DNA of 64,000 nt from Octopus vulgaris (taxonomy: Eukaryota), in assembly GCA_951406725.2 (NCBI GenBank), contig OX597815.1, positions 100,006,001-100,070,000 of the forward strand. The letters run 5' to 3'. Numbering within the stretch: the first letter of the stretch is position 1; every line of letters starts with the position of its first letter. A model generated the notes under the pieces. That model was given only the letters and a program-made list of their open reading frames with translations. It did not search any database and had not been told where the DNA came from. Shown here one piece after another: positions 27,329-41,845 of this stretch. The position numbers and the translations under genes are program-made.

Positions 27329-27494
27329 TTGAAACTTTTACTATTGATAAACAAGAAATATTGTTGAAACTAGTATGGTATATATATGTAAATAAATATA
27401 TTTTAAATAATTACAAGTTTTCCAAATTTAGGTGCAATTTCAAAAACCAATTTTCCTATATGTTTTCCTGCGAGGAAACACTCCACTCTTTTGT

Positions 27495-27578
<84 letters not shown>

Positions 27579-27579
<1 letters not shown>

Positions 27580-28682
27580 GAGGGGCGTTCAATAAGTAAT
27601 GCATCTGACCCACTTCCAGTTGTTTGATCTAGCTGAAATGTTGCATGTGCAATTATTTATATCTCTCTAGAATAAGTGGCAAATTACAGCTCTGAACTAA
27701 TTGTGGCTTCTGATTTACAGGTGTTTGAACTGAGTCAAGTGTGAAATGGAGCCTGTTGAGTGTCGAGCAGTGATCCGTTTTTGTATTTGAAAGGACGTAC
27801 ACCACGGGAGACTTTGGATGAAATCAAAGTAACTTATGATGACGATGCCCCATCATATGACCTTGTAAAACGCTGGCATCGTGAATTCAAACATGGTCGG
27901 AACTCTGTAGAAACAGCTCCCAGATCTGGTCGCCCCACTTCTGCCATTGATGAGACATCTGTCCGTCAAGTTGAGGCTGCCATTTTGGAAGATCGATGCA
28001 TAACTATTCACCAAATAGCCCATGAGGTCAAGATTAGTACCGGGTCTGTAGAAACTATCATTCATGACCATTTGCATATGCAAAAGGTGTCTGCCAGATG
28101 GATTCCCAGGTTGCTCATACCTTTCCAGAAGCAAGAACGCGTCGAGTGCTCGAGTATGAATTTGGAGATGTGCCAAGGTAATGCTCACAGTCTTCTGGGA
28201 CCAGGATGGAGTAGTGATGACATATTTCCTGGCAAAGGGTACCACAATTACAGGAGCCTATTATGCTTCACTTTTGAGGAAATTAAGAGAAGCTATCAAA
28301 ATCAAGAGGCGGGGCAAGATCAGCAAAGGCATCCTCCACCTGCAAGACAACGCTCCGGTCGCCAGATCAGAAGCAGAGGCGTGCGGCTATGAACTCCTCC
28401 CCCATCCCCCCTACTCTCCTGACCTTGCACCGTCTAATGTTCACCTCTTGAAAGGAAAGCGTTTCCCAGATGATGCAGCCTTGATTTCTGAAGTCACGTC
28501 GTGGTTGGAGGACCAAGCTGCGGTCTTCTACAAAAACGGTCTCCAGAGCTGTATGAAACGATGGGAGAAATGCGTAATTCAGGGTGGTTCCTATGTACAC
28601 AAAGACTAATAACTGTGCCATGTTTCGTTGCTCTACTGCTATGGGAAGTGGGTCAGGGGCATTACTTATTGAACGCCCCTCG
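27579..28682 (+). mobile_element. Mariner DNA transposon (irritans-like CGAGGG ends), internally deleted
   Basis: TIRs cgaggggcgttcaataagtaatgc...gacccacttcc and ggaagtgggtca...gcattacttattgaacgcccctcg; TA on both sides; 1104 bp. Confidence 0.95.
27746..28609 (+). pseudogene. Mariner transposase pseudogene
   Basis: MEPVECRAVIR (frameshift) ...PRSGRP, WIPRLL, MLTVFWD, QDNAP, YSPDLAPSN; the segment with the first catalytic Asp is missing and there is a second frameshift near 28180. Confidence 0.9.
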
Positions 28683-28684
28683 TA

Positions 28685-28892
28685 GGTAATCCAAACCAGA
28701 AAGCACAAAAAACACAACAACGCGAGGAAGTGGAACAAATATAGTATTATTGGACGCTCAGGAAAGAAGGAAAGAAGGAGGCTTTAACGTTTCAAGCGGA
28801 GCTCTTCGTCGGAAACATAGGAGAAGGAAAGATCCAGAGAAGGGGAGACAGAGGGAAAAAAATCGCCAACGGTACACACGAGGTCACATTTT
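28685..28892 (-). mobile_element. ~200-bp non-coding repeat carrying a hammerhead motif (family H1)
   Basis: Homologous to 53886-54090(+) and 58711-58930(+); motif at 28782-28816: TTT-CCGACGA-A-GAGC tcc GCTT-GAAA-CGTT-AAA. Confidence 0.75.
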
Positions 28893-29247
28893 TGTGATAT
28901 ATATATATTTCTGTGTATATGCTGAGCTGGCCTTAATTGCCATTTGGTATTTATAATGCATCCTATAATTTTAATAAATCAGGAATATATGTTGTATGGT
29001 ATAAACAAAACCTTTCGGGTTTGTTTATAAAAATATTATTCATGTAGTATCAAGACAGTTTAAGTATATATTAACTAATTTTGACTGAAATTGATGGGTG
29101 AGCGTTTGGCCTATCAAATTCGCAAGGAACCATGAAAGAGTCGATTCGTCATTTTTCGGCCAGTTGTTTATATTTAAAAATTGTCGCTTCAAATCGGAGA
29201 ATAAATATCATTATGATATATATTATATACAGTTATTATATATATAT

Positions 29248-29432
29248 AGGGAGAGTTTACGAAAAAAACAAAAGACGAAGACAAGTGGTGTACAAAACAA
29301 AGAGATGTATTAGTATAACGCTCAGGAATAGAAAAAGTCTTTAACGTTTCGAACCTACGTTCTTCTACAGAAAGCGACACAGAAAAAAAAAAGGAGAGAA
29401 AAAAATGTGTGTAGTGGCTAACGATCTATCAT
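29248..29432 (-). mobile_element. Related ~185-bp repeat with a hammerhead-like motif (family H2)
   Basis: 29337-29378 minus: CTTT-CTGTAGA-A-GAAC gtag GTTC-GAAA-CGTT-AAAG; shares the downstream ttcctgagcg with H1 and ends at a TA tract. Confidence 0.6.
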
Positions 29433-30889
29433 AAATTTACCTTTTTCGTTATTGTTCTGTCTCATGTACCTATAGCTATACCTATATTTATGTCCATGAC
29501 CTGTTTAGCAGCCAGAAATACAATTTATGCCTGATAGAAACATCCTTGGAAAGTGTTCTGATCTCTATACTTAAAATTGTTAAATATACTTGTTCTACTC
29601 TGTGATATATTTCAATCATGTATCACTGGTCTGTGAAACACCTAATAATTTAACATAAATTAGACTACATCAGAAGTGCTAAGCTTTTTTCTGTAAGGTC
29701 CTAAAAGTCTACTCGAAAGGGGTCTGAGCCACTTACATTTACAAAGCATTGCAGAGCTTTGGGATGGAGTTCTCACGCACATATGCTGTTTCAATGAATC
29801 CATTTACCTAATGTAATTTATACTCTTAATCAAATCACTAATTTACAAATGATAATCAAATCCACCGCTGAGATGTTTTCTCTCTGCCACTTATTGACTC
29901 TTTTAAACTTAATAAACATACATTAATCTCACCAAAGTCCATTGGATAAATGCTGTTCTTGCCCATTCAATAGAGTATACCATTTCAAACATTCTCCATT
30001 GTTCTGTTCCCTCCAGCTATAACAAACCATTAATTTATCAGTTATACTAACATCATTCATCTGTCTTCATTCCTCTCTGAATTAACTAATTTTGTATCCT
30101 TACCCATTCACCACTTCTCATCCAACCCCTCCTCGATTCAGCTTTCCTATTGCCATTCGCCTCATTCAAATCCTGAACTAAACACTTTGCTCAATATTTC
30201 CCTCTCCAGAATTAAATTCTCCTGGATTTTTCATTGAATAAATGTATAAAGTCATTCCAACCACGATCATCTCATCTTTTTACAGATATCTATGACTATT
30301 TTATTCGTTATTTCCTTCCTTGTAAGAGAAGACGAGTTAAGGAATTAGGGAATTTGCTATTTTTATCAGGCCGAGCAACTACGGACAGGCTTGTTTTTAG
30401 CATCATTGTTTTTAGCATCAAGACGCAGAAGTTAAAACAGAACATCAACCATATCGACCTCACTAGTTTGGAAAGATCCACAAAGATCATGGGTGCTTAT
30501 TCTCATCCTGCAACCAAAAATATTTTTAAATTGGTGAGAATGGGAATTAAGTAATAAAACCCAAATGATCTTAAAACATGACCAATTGTATACCAGCAAC
30601 TTAAAATAGTACTAGATTTAAATTTTCACCTCCATTTTTAAAGTAAATTTCAGGAATCTAAGCATGTTAAACATTAATGGTAAAGTAACATCACCGATGT
30701 AATAAATCAGAAAGTTTAATGAATTAAAATTTGATCTTCGTTTAATGAAGTTTGGAATATATGCCTTAGAGGAACGTTGAATGAAGGTCATAAATGAACA
30801 AGGATCATATTTTGATTAAATAAATAAATATTCTAAAACTTAAAAAACAATTTTAATGTTTCCTTTTCAAATGTAACATTTCATATGAG

Positions 30890-31062
30890 ACAACCTAATC
30901 AAATCAAAACTGTTGATACATGATACAAGCATCACCCACTGAGGCTGTAACTGGAGGATAAAATTTAACGATTCTTTGGGTCTTTCTAGTACATACAGAC
31001 CGGGCCATCAAAAGTAATAAACCAGATGTCGTTGTGAAAGACCAAAATAATAAAGTCTGTTC
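30890..31062 (+). mobile_element. Remnant of an RLE LINE endonuclease domain
   Basis: YKHHP..., TILWVFLVHTDRAIKSNKPDVVVKDQNNKVC. Confidence 0.7.
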
Positions 31063-31214
31063 GAATTGCATTTTTCGTTTGCCCTTTCACTAGATTTCCT
31101 CAATATTCAAGCCAAATGATGCGTGTATTGTAACAAGGACAACAATAATAACAACAACAACGAAAATAGGCCTTATACGGTCACTCGATCTGGTTGAGAT
31201 AGCCACCAGATATT

Positions 31215-31995
31215 CTTTTCTACCCTAGGCACAAGGCCCGATATTTTTGGGAAGGGGGCCAGTCGATTAGATCGACCCCCCAACCCGGACGTAACAGATA
31301 CTTAATTCATCGACCCCGAAAGAATGAAAGGCAAAGTTGACTTCGGTGGAATGAATAGCCACCAGACATTAAAACATCTATGTGTCAAGGTTGACCATTT
31401 GCCTGAACACAGAAAATGCCTCTCCAGAGCGCAGGTACAGGCTTGGACAAGATGTTTTACAGAAGGGAAGCAGTAACCAATGCGTAAACCTCCATCTATG
31501 TTATTCAAGAGATAAAGAAAAAGCCAATATGACTTATGACTTGGCTCTAATGTTTTCGCAAGCCAACTCGTAGCAAAGCGACCCGAACTGAATATTAATT
31601 TCAAATTTTGGTACAAGGCCAACGAGTTCGGTGGGGAGGGGACTAGTCGATTACATCGGCCCCAGTACTCGTCTGATACTCATTTCATCCACTCCGAAGA
31701 GAAGAATGGCAAAAATCGACCTCGGCGGAATTTGAACTCAGAAGGTAATGATGGACGTGCTAATGATTCTGCCAGCTCGCTGCCTTACGCGAAATGAAAA
31801 TTGCCAGCATCTTGTTCGAAGTTTTAACAATTCTGTCAGTCAACCACACTCGATTTGCACTGTATATAACGACTCCGGACGGTAAAAGGTGAAGTTGGCC
31901 TCAGCGGTATTTGAACTTGGAATATAAGGGGTTGAAACAAATACCGCGGACCATTTTGTACGATTCTCGAACGATTCTGTTGATCCACTGCCAGA
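31215..31995 (-). mobile_element. Cluster of SINE family A copies (~31215-31350, ~31595-31790, ~31880-31995)
   Basis: Repeated ggcacaaggcc...gtcgattacatcg...aaaggcaaagttgacttcgg motifs. Confidence 0.75.
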
Positions 31996-33391
31996 TTTCC
32001 CTCAAATATTACTCTACCATATTAGATAATAGAAGATATATTAGACAATGATAAATGAAATATGAAAATATTTCATGGATAATCACCACTGGAAGAGGTG
32101 TGATCATTAATAAGAGGGATCAGAACAGATCTAAGGTTGAACAATTACAACAAGGGTCTCCGTAAAAGTTACTCTTGTTATTGTTTCAGAGCATGGCATA
32201 ATTTGTCCAAACGTTCTGCTTTACTGTGAAACCTCAATACAATGGAAGTGGCCATATTCAATGTATGTCCAGATCTATTAAACTAAGTTATTTCTTTGTT
32301 ATTATTGTTTCTGATCGTGCTGCTGTAACTATTGCTGCCGTTGTCGATGTTTAAGCCGAGGTCAAATCTGATCAAGCAGACATATGACCGAAACGCTTTC
32401 CCACCGTGTCAAACACGTGATTTTCTTTTTCAGAAATGTTCTGTATAAGATCACAGTATCAAATGCGCCTCTTTTTGTAAAGAGGGTAGGATATGATTAG
32501 AAAGGGATTTTGTTGCTATATCTAGAAAGTCTGGCGTCTATATAGAAGTACCATCGTTGACTCAGTTGTTGTTGTTGTTGTTAGTGGTGGTGGTGGTGGT
32601 GGTGGTGGTGGATGGGTGGTGGGGAGGGGGGATAGTTGTTGTTCCTGTTGCTCTTGTTGTTTACATATTTTCTTTTGTTTTCTATTCACGCTTTATCACT
32701 CTCCTTACAGAGGAAACTACAAAAACTGCTGGAAAAGGTAAAAAAAAATGTCTTAATAAAGAACAACAAAGTTATGATGATGATGATGATGAGGTGGTAG
32801 TGGAAGATTATGATGCTGCAGATGATAATATTAATAATAATAACAATAATGATAAGATAACAATAACACAATCATATTGATGATGATGATGACAACTAAC
32901 AGCAGCAACAACAACAATGACAACATCTACCCGAACAGCAACAACAGCAAACAAGAAAACAATAATAATATTCATAATATAAACAAATGTACCCAATGAC
33001 ATTTCAGAAGAAAAATAGCAACAATATTAACTGCACCTTTAGGTGCAGTAGCAAGTTACTCGTTCTAATAAGTCACGCAATTCAGCTTATGAAAGCTAAT
33101 AATTTCCCACATAGTACCTTTTCAGTGTTACTGTGTAGAATGAAGAATTTCGAAACGGTTTTGTTTAAAATGGTCTCCTTAGTTAGCCTATATTGTATAG
33201 TAACATCATTTTGGAGTAGAGATGCGTCTATCATTTCGAAGAATAAATACAGAAGAAAGCTTAACAGCTGTTGTCCAAAGGTCAACGCCTTTTTAGAAAT
33301 AGACAGAGGCTTACACATGCACACTTAAATGCTTGTATCAATATAGCTATGTATGATTGAATTTACGTGTGCACGTATAGACATATATAAT

Positions 33392-33446
<55 letters not shown>

Positions 33447-33463
33447 TATGCATGTATGCATGT

Positions 33464-33511
<48 letters not shown>

Positions 33512-33518
33512 ACACACA

Positions 33519-33578
<60 letters not shown>

Positions 33579-33742
33579 GATAGATAGATAAACATAGATA
33601 TATATACGTTTGCGTGCATGTATTCGTAGACAGATATTATGAAAATATGTGTTTTTTTATGTTTTCTTGAAAGAATATTTAGTATGCGCATGTTTACACA
33701 TACACACTCACACATGTGTGTGTGTCTATGTATATATATATG

Positions 33743-33775
<33 letters not shown>

Positions 33776-33863
33776 TTGTATATATACATATATACACACA
33801 CACACATATATACATATACATATATACATATATACACATATATACATATATATATATATATAA

Positions 33864-33895
<32 letters not shown>

Positions 33896-33946
33896 CACGT
33901 CTGTCTGTGTGTAATATATATATATATATACATGTCTGTCTGTGTG

Positions 33947-34002
<56 letters not shown>

Positions 34003-35344
34003 TCTTTAATAGCATGACTCTGCAATGGGAATGTGTACATAAATAATAAGTTACTATGCAGAATTCCTTAGGATGTATATCAGTCGGCTTGTACATGTGA
34101 TTAGGCGTCCGTATGTGAATCTACACAAAATGCAATATTATCCATTATATACTATAACTAACAGGATACTGATGACATCAATGTGTACCCTCCATCTTGA
34201 CATACATGTACATATACACACGTATTCGCACGCATTATGTATGCATATACTTATTCAATTGTTACATCGGATCTATTATACCACAATGTGTCCGACACAT
34301 CGCCGCTAACAGCATCTTTGTCCGATAATGCGTAAACACCCATTCACGATACGACCACACGCACTCACACAAAACACACACATATGAGTATAAATATAAA
34401 CATATATATGTATATTTGGCATGCTGATTAAAAGAAACAGCATAAAGACGGCGTAGCATATATATGTGTGTGTGTATATACATATATATACATACACATT
34501 TACATATCTATATGCTTATGTATAAATATATATATATATATATATGTGCTCACGCGCACACACATATTTATATGAGTGTGTGTATTATATTGGGTACTTT
34601 TTTTTCATTCATTCGAATATGAACGCAGAAAATACTGAATAACCCCCGCAGTTGGGTCATTATGCGACTTAAAGGTTCAAAAGTGAGATAATCAAACATA
34701 ATTTAAAATATATTCTCGCTTTTCTCTGACAAGTAGAATTTAATGTCGTAGGTTCAAGCTCGCTCTGGGAAGAAACGAGCAAATTAAAATAAACATTTGA
34801 GAAAGGAAAAAATATCTAAATGTTACAAAATTTATACTTATGTAATATTTCATATTTCGACATATTTTCATGTGATATCACAATTGCTTATTACATAGGT
34901 CATAGTCACAGATAGCTGAATAGGAAAGTGTGTATATAATGTACATAATGTATATATGCTGAATATATAACATAACGTACATTTGTAAGGCACGCACACA
35001 TTTCTATACACATATATTTTTTTGGTTTTATTTTCGAAATTATTTCAGGCATTTTTTGAAAGCTTTCTTGCAGGTAGTAAGTTCCCTAACAATGTTGAAA
35101 GTACTATGTGTCATATCGATAAAGAATGAAATAGAGCAGTAGCTAAAACCCAAAGGCTCATCTGTCTAACGTCACATATACATGTAAGCAATGTTAGGGA
35201 ACGAATTACCAAAAGGAATCTGACCTCGATTTCAGGGGAAGATGACTTGCTAAGTGTCTCTTAGCAAAGTTTCTGAAATGCTAAACTTTTCCTGAAAAAC
35301 CTTCTAGGAAGTATCAAAACTGGATCATGAACAGCTGCTCAGCT

Positions 35345-35572
35345 AAACAAATGTAGATTTGTTATGTTTAGATTTTGCGAAGGTCTTCGACGAAGTTTAC
35401 TAGTCAATCCTATGTCACCCTTTAATCTCGACGCTGTTTGGAAAACCTAGCTAGTACGACCGTTTAGGCGAGAAAAATCAACCTGTTAGTCAAAGTTGCT
35501 TTTACAAATGATATAATAACTGTAAGAGGAGCACCTCAGTGAACTATCGTACAGCTTTTATTGTTCCAATAG
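35345..35572 (+). mobile_element. Old CR1-like RT remnant
   Basis: VDLLCLDFAKVFDEV and VRGAPQ*TIVQLLLF resemble the LDFxKAFD and GVPQG..PLLF motifs. Confidence 0.55.
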
Positions 35573-37435
35573 CTCTCGCTCTCTCTCTCTCTCTCATTTT
35601 CTCTTCCTCTTTCTCTCTCAAACAGACTTTCAGTTATACAAACATCCACACTCATTGCCTCATGAAATGATTCGAAAATATTGAAGGCAACTCAGATCTC
35701 TGATGATGACAAAATCCTCTAGAAAGACCTCAACGCAAAATGCAAGTTGACCCAAGAAAACAACACGCAACTTGATGCCAAAAATTTCCAAGCATTTTCT
35801 ATATCAGCCCTCTGTCCCATTGTCACGAGGATAACAGGAACAGGAGAAATTGCGTTCACAGAGACCTGAATAGTATGTGACCTGAGGAACAAAATGAATA
35901 ATAATCTATTGTGCATGGTGAAAATGTGCAGCTAACCGTCAGTAATGATTTTGTAATCCTTTAGAATTGTAGAACCTCATAACAAGGACCATGATTGTGT
36001 TCTAGATTATTACCTTCAGTTATGGTCTGTCAATTAGTCTAGTCATTACAACTGACTTCTTGTTTGTTTAAGTTGCTACTTACTATAAGTTCTATTTGTC
36101 GATAAAAATATTAGGGTTGCTTGTCCTCTGTTCAATGATCATCAAATTGTGAAAGGTCAGAATCATCGCCTTTATTTCACTGTCAACAGAAAGAATAACA
36201 AAATGTATTTACATCTACTTAAATTTCCAAAAGTTCCAAAATGAAAGGTTTAGAAACTGTAGCTTAACTACTGTAAATAATACGTGGTATTTTACATAAA
36301 TAAATAGATAAATGAGTAGATGAATATTCATATTCATATATATACATATATACGGTTATGATTAGAGTAATGTGTGGCTGCTATTTCTTCCAGGTCGAGA
36401 GCTACTCCTTATTTTACGTTCGTTTGTGCATTTGTGTATGTGTTTGTGAATGGTATGTACGTATATATGTATATTCGAATGTCTGCGTGTACGTGTGTAT
36501 ATATGTGTGATTGCAATTTTAATCGCATGTGTGCGCATGCGCATGTTTGTATACTAGATTGTGTGTGTGCGTGTCTATGTGTGTGTTTGTGCGTGTGTGT
36601 GTGTGTGCCTACGAATGTGCATGTGCGTATCAATGTATGATTGGGATTATGTGCGTTTACTTCAGTGTACGTGCGTATGAGAGTGCGCATGGATATGTTC
36701 ATGTGAGAGTGTATGTATATGTGATGATGTGTGTATGTGTTTGCGTGCATATACATTCATGCATATGAAATTGTATGTTTGTTTCACATGCCGTTTATGC
36801 GTATACGATTATGTATGCGTCTGCAAAAGAAAGATAAAAAGAAAAGAGAAAGAAAAGAAAGGATGAGTAGAAGAAGGAAGGAAACGGAGAAAAAGGGGAA
36901 AAGAGAAAGATAAATCCTCTAAATCTCTTCCATAATTGGAGATTAACCAAGCTATAGTTTCATGTGTTTAATCCAAAAGACACTTTGAAGCAATCATGGC
37001 TGATGACCGGGTGCTTAATAATTTCGCTTGAAAACTGCGTGATTTTGAGTTCGGTCCTATTGTGCGGAATATATTGACCACGGTTTTTTTTTTTTTTTTT
37101 TTTAGTAAACTTTCGTAGAGAAAATTATTCAAAAACACGAGAGAAATTTTGTGTTCTTTGATGATAGACTTAATCACTAATAACATCTTCATCAGGCCCT
37201 TGAGTGCATTTAACCGAGTCCTGTTGCAAACATTCGGAAGATGGTTCCAGTCTTACCAATAACTTTTTAGTCTCCTCAGACAACTTTCGAATGTCCAGAA
37301 AAGAGCTATGAGCGTTGTCCTTGCACCTGTGTGTTTAAACTGTGAAATAAAATTTGTTCACGCTACTCGGTATTTTATTCATGGCTAGTTAGTATTTCTT
37401 AGAGTGAATAACTAACTTAAATATATAACTCCCCC

Positions 37436-37473
<38 letters not shown>

Positions 37474-38984
37474 CTCTTTTGCAAGCTACCTAATTTGATT
37501 TTAATTTCAATTTGAAAGTTGGATGTCTTGGATAATTTGTGAAGCAATTTATCTGTTACAAATGCAATTATTCTTTCTAATAATGGCACGAGCCAGCAAT
37601 TTTGAGGGGAGGGGCAGTCGATTACATCGATTCTAATTCTTTCTTGATTGGTACTTTATTTTATTGACCATGAAAAAAATGAAAGACAAAATATTTCACG
37701 GCGGAATTAAAACTCAGAACTAAGACATCCGCCGACCTATTAACGAGTCCACCTGCTCACCGTCTTCAGATGTATACAAATATATTTAATATTTTATTAA
37801 TCATTTCTCCCGCCACTGAATTTCAGTTTGTTAACGTCCGTCCAGCCAATGAAGGAGCCTTTATGAGGTCGCTTTACTTGTAACAGATTGCAGCTGAATC
37901 TTCTTTCAAATATCACCTTCTCATTGTAACAGAAAGAAACACCCATTACCTAATGTAGTTCCAGGTATATAAAAAGGCGGGAAGATATGACTTGAATCCT
38001 TTAGTTATTGGTCTGCTCAGTAACTACTAAATTTGAGCTGAACAGCAGCAGCATCAACTATGTTGCCAATATCGTTCCAGTTTCTTTCCTTTTAAGGGAA
38101 TAAGAGATCTGTCTGCTCTTTTTCTATCTTGATTAACTGTAGGGTCAACTGCAGATAGGGTTTATATGACTGTAGCTAACGTAAATAATCGTAAAATCAA
38201 CAATTCTGCAATGTTTCCAGTGGAGATTTGTAAGATATATATAACTACAATGTGATGCCTATTTTTCATATGCAAGTCGAGGGAAATGAGCTGGTACCTA
38301 TGATCTTATAGGCATAAAATTTCTAATAACAGACCAGTCCCACAGAATAATAGAAACGTCTTAGAATCCAGCTACACTTGTGTATTTACTCTATCTTCAT
38401 CGAAATACCTACCGAACGTGCTAATATACAAATCTACAATGATAAATACTGATCATATCGAAATGACAAGAAAATGTGCACGTCTGTGTATGTATGTATG
38501 TATGTATGTACGTATGTATGTATGCATGTATGTATGTATGTATGTATGTATGTATGTATGTACGTATGTATGTATGTATGTATGTATGTATGTATGTATG
38601 TATGTATGTATGTATGTATGTATGTATGTACGTATTATGTACGTTCGTACGTAGTACATGTGCAAGCGAGAGGTTAACAGAAAATGCCTTCAAAGCATGA
38701 TATACACAGCACATAAATCTTTTCAAAACCAGAAATACAATATACTGTGCACACTATCACAATATGTATGAATGTTTCATGAATGAATCAATATGGCGAT
38801 TATAAAATGGGACATTATCGAAAAAGTTGAGGCACAAACGAAAGGAAACAGATTCAACTTATGCAGTGTGCCGAAATTGGATCTATGTAACCCTGCTTTT
38901 TACAACATAACATATAGAAAGAAACGTAAGCATTTAAGGACATGCGATAATAAATTTCAAGGTTATTAATCTGTTGGGTAAGTC

Positions 38985-39380
38985 TTTACTCTTTTACTCT
39001 TTTAATTGTTTAAGTTATTTGACTGCGGCCAAACTGGAGCACCGCCTTAAGTCGAGCAAATCGACTCCAGGAATTATTCTTTGTAAGCCTAGTACTTATT
39101 CTATCGGTCTCTTTTGCCGAACTACTAAGTTACGTGGGACGTAAACACACCACCATTGGTTGTGAAGCGATGGTGGGGGGACCAATACAGACACACAAAC
39201 ATATACACACATATACATATATACATATATACGACGGGCTTCCTTCAGTTTCCGTCTACCAAATCCACTCACAAGGCTTTGGTCGGCCCGAGACTATAGT
39301 AGAATACACTTGCCCAAGGTGACACGCAGTGGAACTGAACCTGGAACCATGTGGTTGGTAAGCAAGCTACTTACCACAAG
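38985..39380 (-). mobile_element. SINE family B, full length
   Basis: Complete reverse copy from gcttgcttaccaaccacatgg to the aagagtaaaaga tail. Confidence 0.9.
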
Positions 39381-39844
39381 GTTCTTTCAATGGGGAATAC
39401 ACTAGTCAGTCAGTCATTTAATTGACCAATTAATTCTTCAATTAGATTGTCAACTCGTTGAATTCGCCAATAAAAAAGACAGCACAATAATAACCAATCG
39501 AAAAATGGTAATAATACACAGCGACACGAGAAAGAGTAACGATATTCAACAGCATTTCAGAGAAACGATATACTGGAGTAAAACAGTCAATAAAAATTAA
39601 AAGAAAACATGATAATAAACTGAAAATTGGTAACGGGCATGCCTGAGAATCGAATAAAAATCAGCTAGAACAACGCGGCTGACAGCCAAAACGACCAACC
39701 AATGGACACAAAGCTAACCTTGTGGTTAGCCTAACCAATGAACATGATAGCTATGCTATAGAATGAACCTGTCTAAATGTATATAGAACTTGCTTGAAAG
39801 TTCATTGTTTGCGTAGCATATAACTATCAAATAATAGATTCTCT

Positions 39845-39962
<118 letters not shown>

Positions 39963-40231
39963 CTACATACATACATACATACATACATACATACATACAT
40001 ACATACATACATACATACATACATACATACATACATACATACATACATAGAGAGAGAGAGAGAGGGGGCGATTTATTCTCTATAGAGTTCACAACATCAC
40101 TTCAATGATTTTATCAAGTGGTCAGCGTGAAATGAAAACCCTGTAGGTAATATTATATACTAAATTCGTAACATATACATAATTATATTAAAGAGAGAGG
40201 ATTACTCGCTTCAACACGCTAGATCTAGATA

Positions 40232-40279
<48 letters not shown>

Positions 40280-40282
<3 letters not shown>

Positions 40283-40446
40283 GACAGGCTTCTTTCAGTT
40301 TCCATCTACCAAATCCACTTACAAGGCTTTGGTCGGCCCGGGGCTTTAGCAGAAGACACTTGCCCAAGTTTCCACGCAGTGGGACTGAATTCGGAATCAT
40401 GTGGTTGGGATGAAAGCTTCTTACCAAACAGCCACTCCTGCGCCTT
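40280..40446 (-). mobile_element. SINE family B, 5' half
   Basis: Minus strand begins AAGGCGCAGGAGTGGCTGTTTGGTAAG. Confidence 0.85.
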
Positions 40447-40740
40447 TAAGGATAAAACCATACAGGTAACAATTTATACTAATATATAATCGTATAATAA
40501 TTATATAATAATATAATTATATGTATATATATATGTATATATGTATACTTACTAAAGTAAATTCAAGACATACCTAAATGTATTCGGTGCGAATATCGAT
40601 AAACGTGTTAATAGAGAGTGTACGCTATTTAAAGGAATTTTTGTATAGCTGTACCAATATATGTAATATTATATCCAATATCTATCTATTTATTTATATG
40701 TCTACTGCGAAAATCCAGTGAAAATTGGTGCGTCAAAGTA

Positions 40741-41033
40741 TTGGATATTTTGGGGTGTATTTTTCGATAAATAATTTTTTTTTATTTAAATATTCTTGTA
40801 CAGAAATTGTTTTTTTTCACTGGTAAATGGGGAAAACTATGAAGTTTAGTTGGATATTACCTGCATATCTCTCTATGTGTCCACTCAAATGAATCTGTCT
40901 GTACTGTGGTAAACAGATCTGTTTCTTATGTAGAATGGTTCTCGGTCTAAGTGCCATATACGTCTGTCCTATATAGTTATGTCCACAACCTGAACAAGTT
41001 ATAACATGAATTAGATTCTCGGAGACACAAGTG

Positions 41034-41036
<3 letters not shown>
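40741..41036 (-). pseudogene. Penelope-like GIY-YIG endonuclease fragment
   Basis: FTCVSENLIHVITCSGCGHNYIGQT...LHKKQI..PQYRQIHLSGHIE..FIVFPIY*..LFIEKYTP aligns by eye with the C-terminus of ORF 60373-63405; it starts at (TA)n. Confidence 0.85.
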
Positions 41037-41100
<64 letters not shown>

Positions 41101-41228
41101 TGTGTATATATACACACACATACAAACAAACATATATAAGTACATATTTATATACGTATATGCATATATATACACATATATAGGCATGTATATATGTATA
41201 TGTGTGTGAGCGTATATATATATATGTG

Positions 41229-41295
<67 letters not shown>

Positions 41296-41299
<4 letters not shown>

Positions 41300-41516
41300 G
41301 AAATGAAGAAAATGCTGACAAATAATTGAAGTAATTTAAGTAATTTAATTAGGTGAAAGTTCTATTTACGTTGCGCATTTGTTATGCTTATCAAAATATA
41401 AATATATTTTATATTTTGATAAGCATAACAAATGCGCAACTGGTAAATAGAACTTTCACCTAATTAAATTACTTAAATTACTTCAATTATTTGTCAGCAT
41501 TTTCTTCATTTCCTTT
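41296..41516. repeat. Fold-back inverted repeat (~107-bp arms)
   Basis: aaaggaaatgaagaaaatgctgac...tcaaaatataaa and its near-perfect reverse complement, between (TA)n tracts. Confidence 0.95.
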
Positions 41517-41556
41517 TTTTATATATCACCACTCGTGTTCGACATCTCCTTTTTTT

Positions 41557-41601
<45 letters not shown>

Positions 41602-41709
41602 GCGTATATATTAAACAAAATACCGCTAACCAATAAACATGAAAAGCCAACCAATGAACAAGCAGAAGTACTAGAATGCTTAACCACATACTAACCACAC
41701 TCACACACG

Positions 41710-41751
<42 letters not shown>

Positions 41752-41802
41752 AACACACATACGAGAGATACACGCACACCAACAGAATCGAGTTGTGATA
41801 GT

Positions 41803-41845
41803 TCTGACCTGAAGATCGCAGATGCGTGAAACTTGAGTCGCGAGA
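41803..41845 (+). ncRNA. Hammerhead ribozyme motif in a probable solo PLE terminal repeat
   Basis: TCTGAC-CTGAAGA-T-CGC agat GCG-T-GAAA-C ttga G-TC-GCGAGA; intact core, stems II and III, stem I interrupted; two CCAAT boxes upstream at ~41630-41655. Confidence 0.65.

Noticed and set aside
29480-30240. Possible ancient LINE endonuclease on the minus strand
   Set aside because: Too degenerate to show diagnostic motifs by eye.
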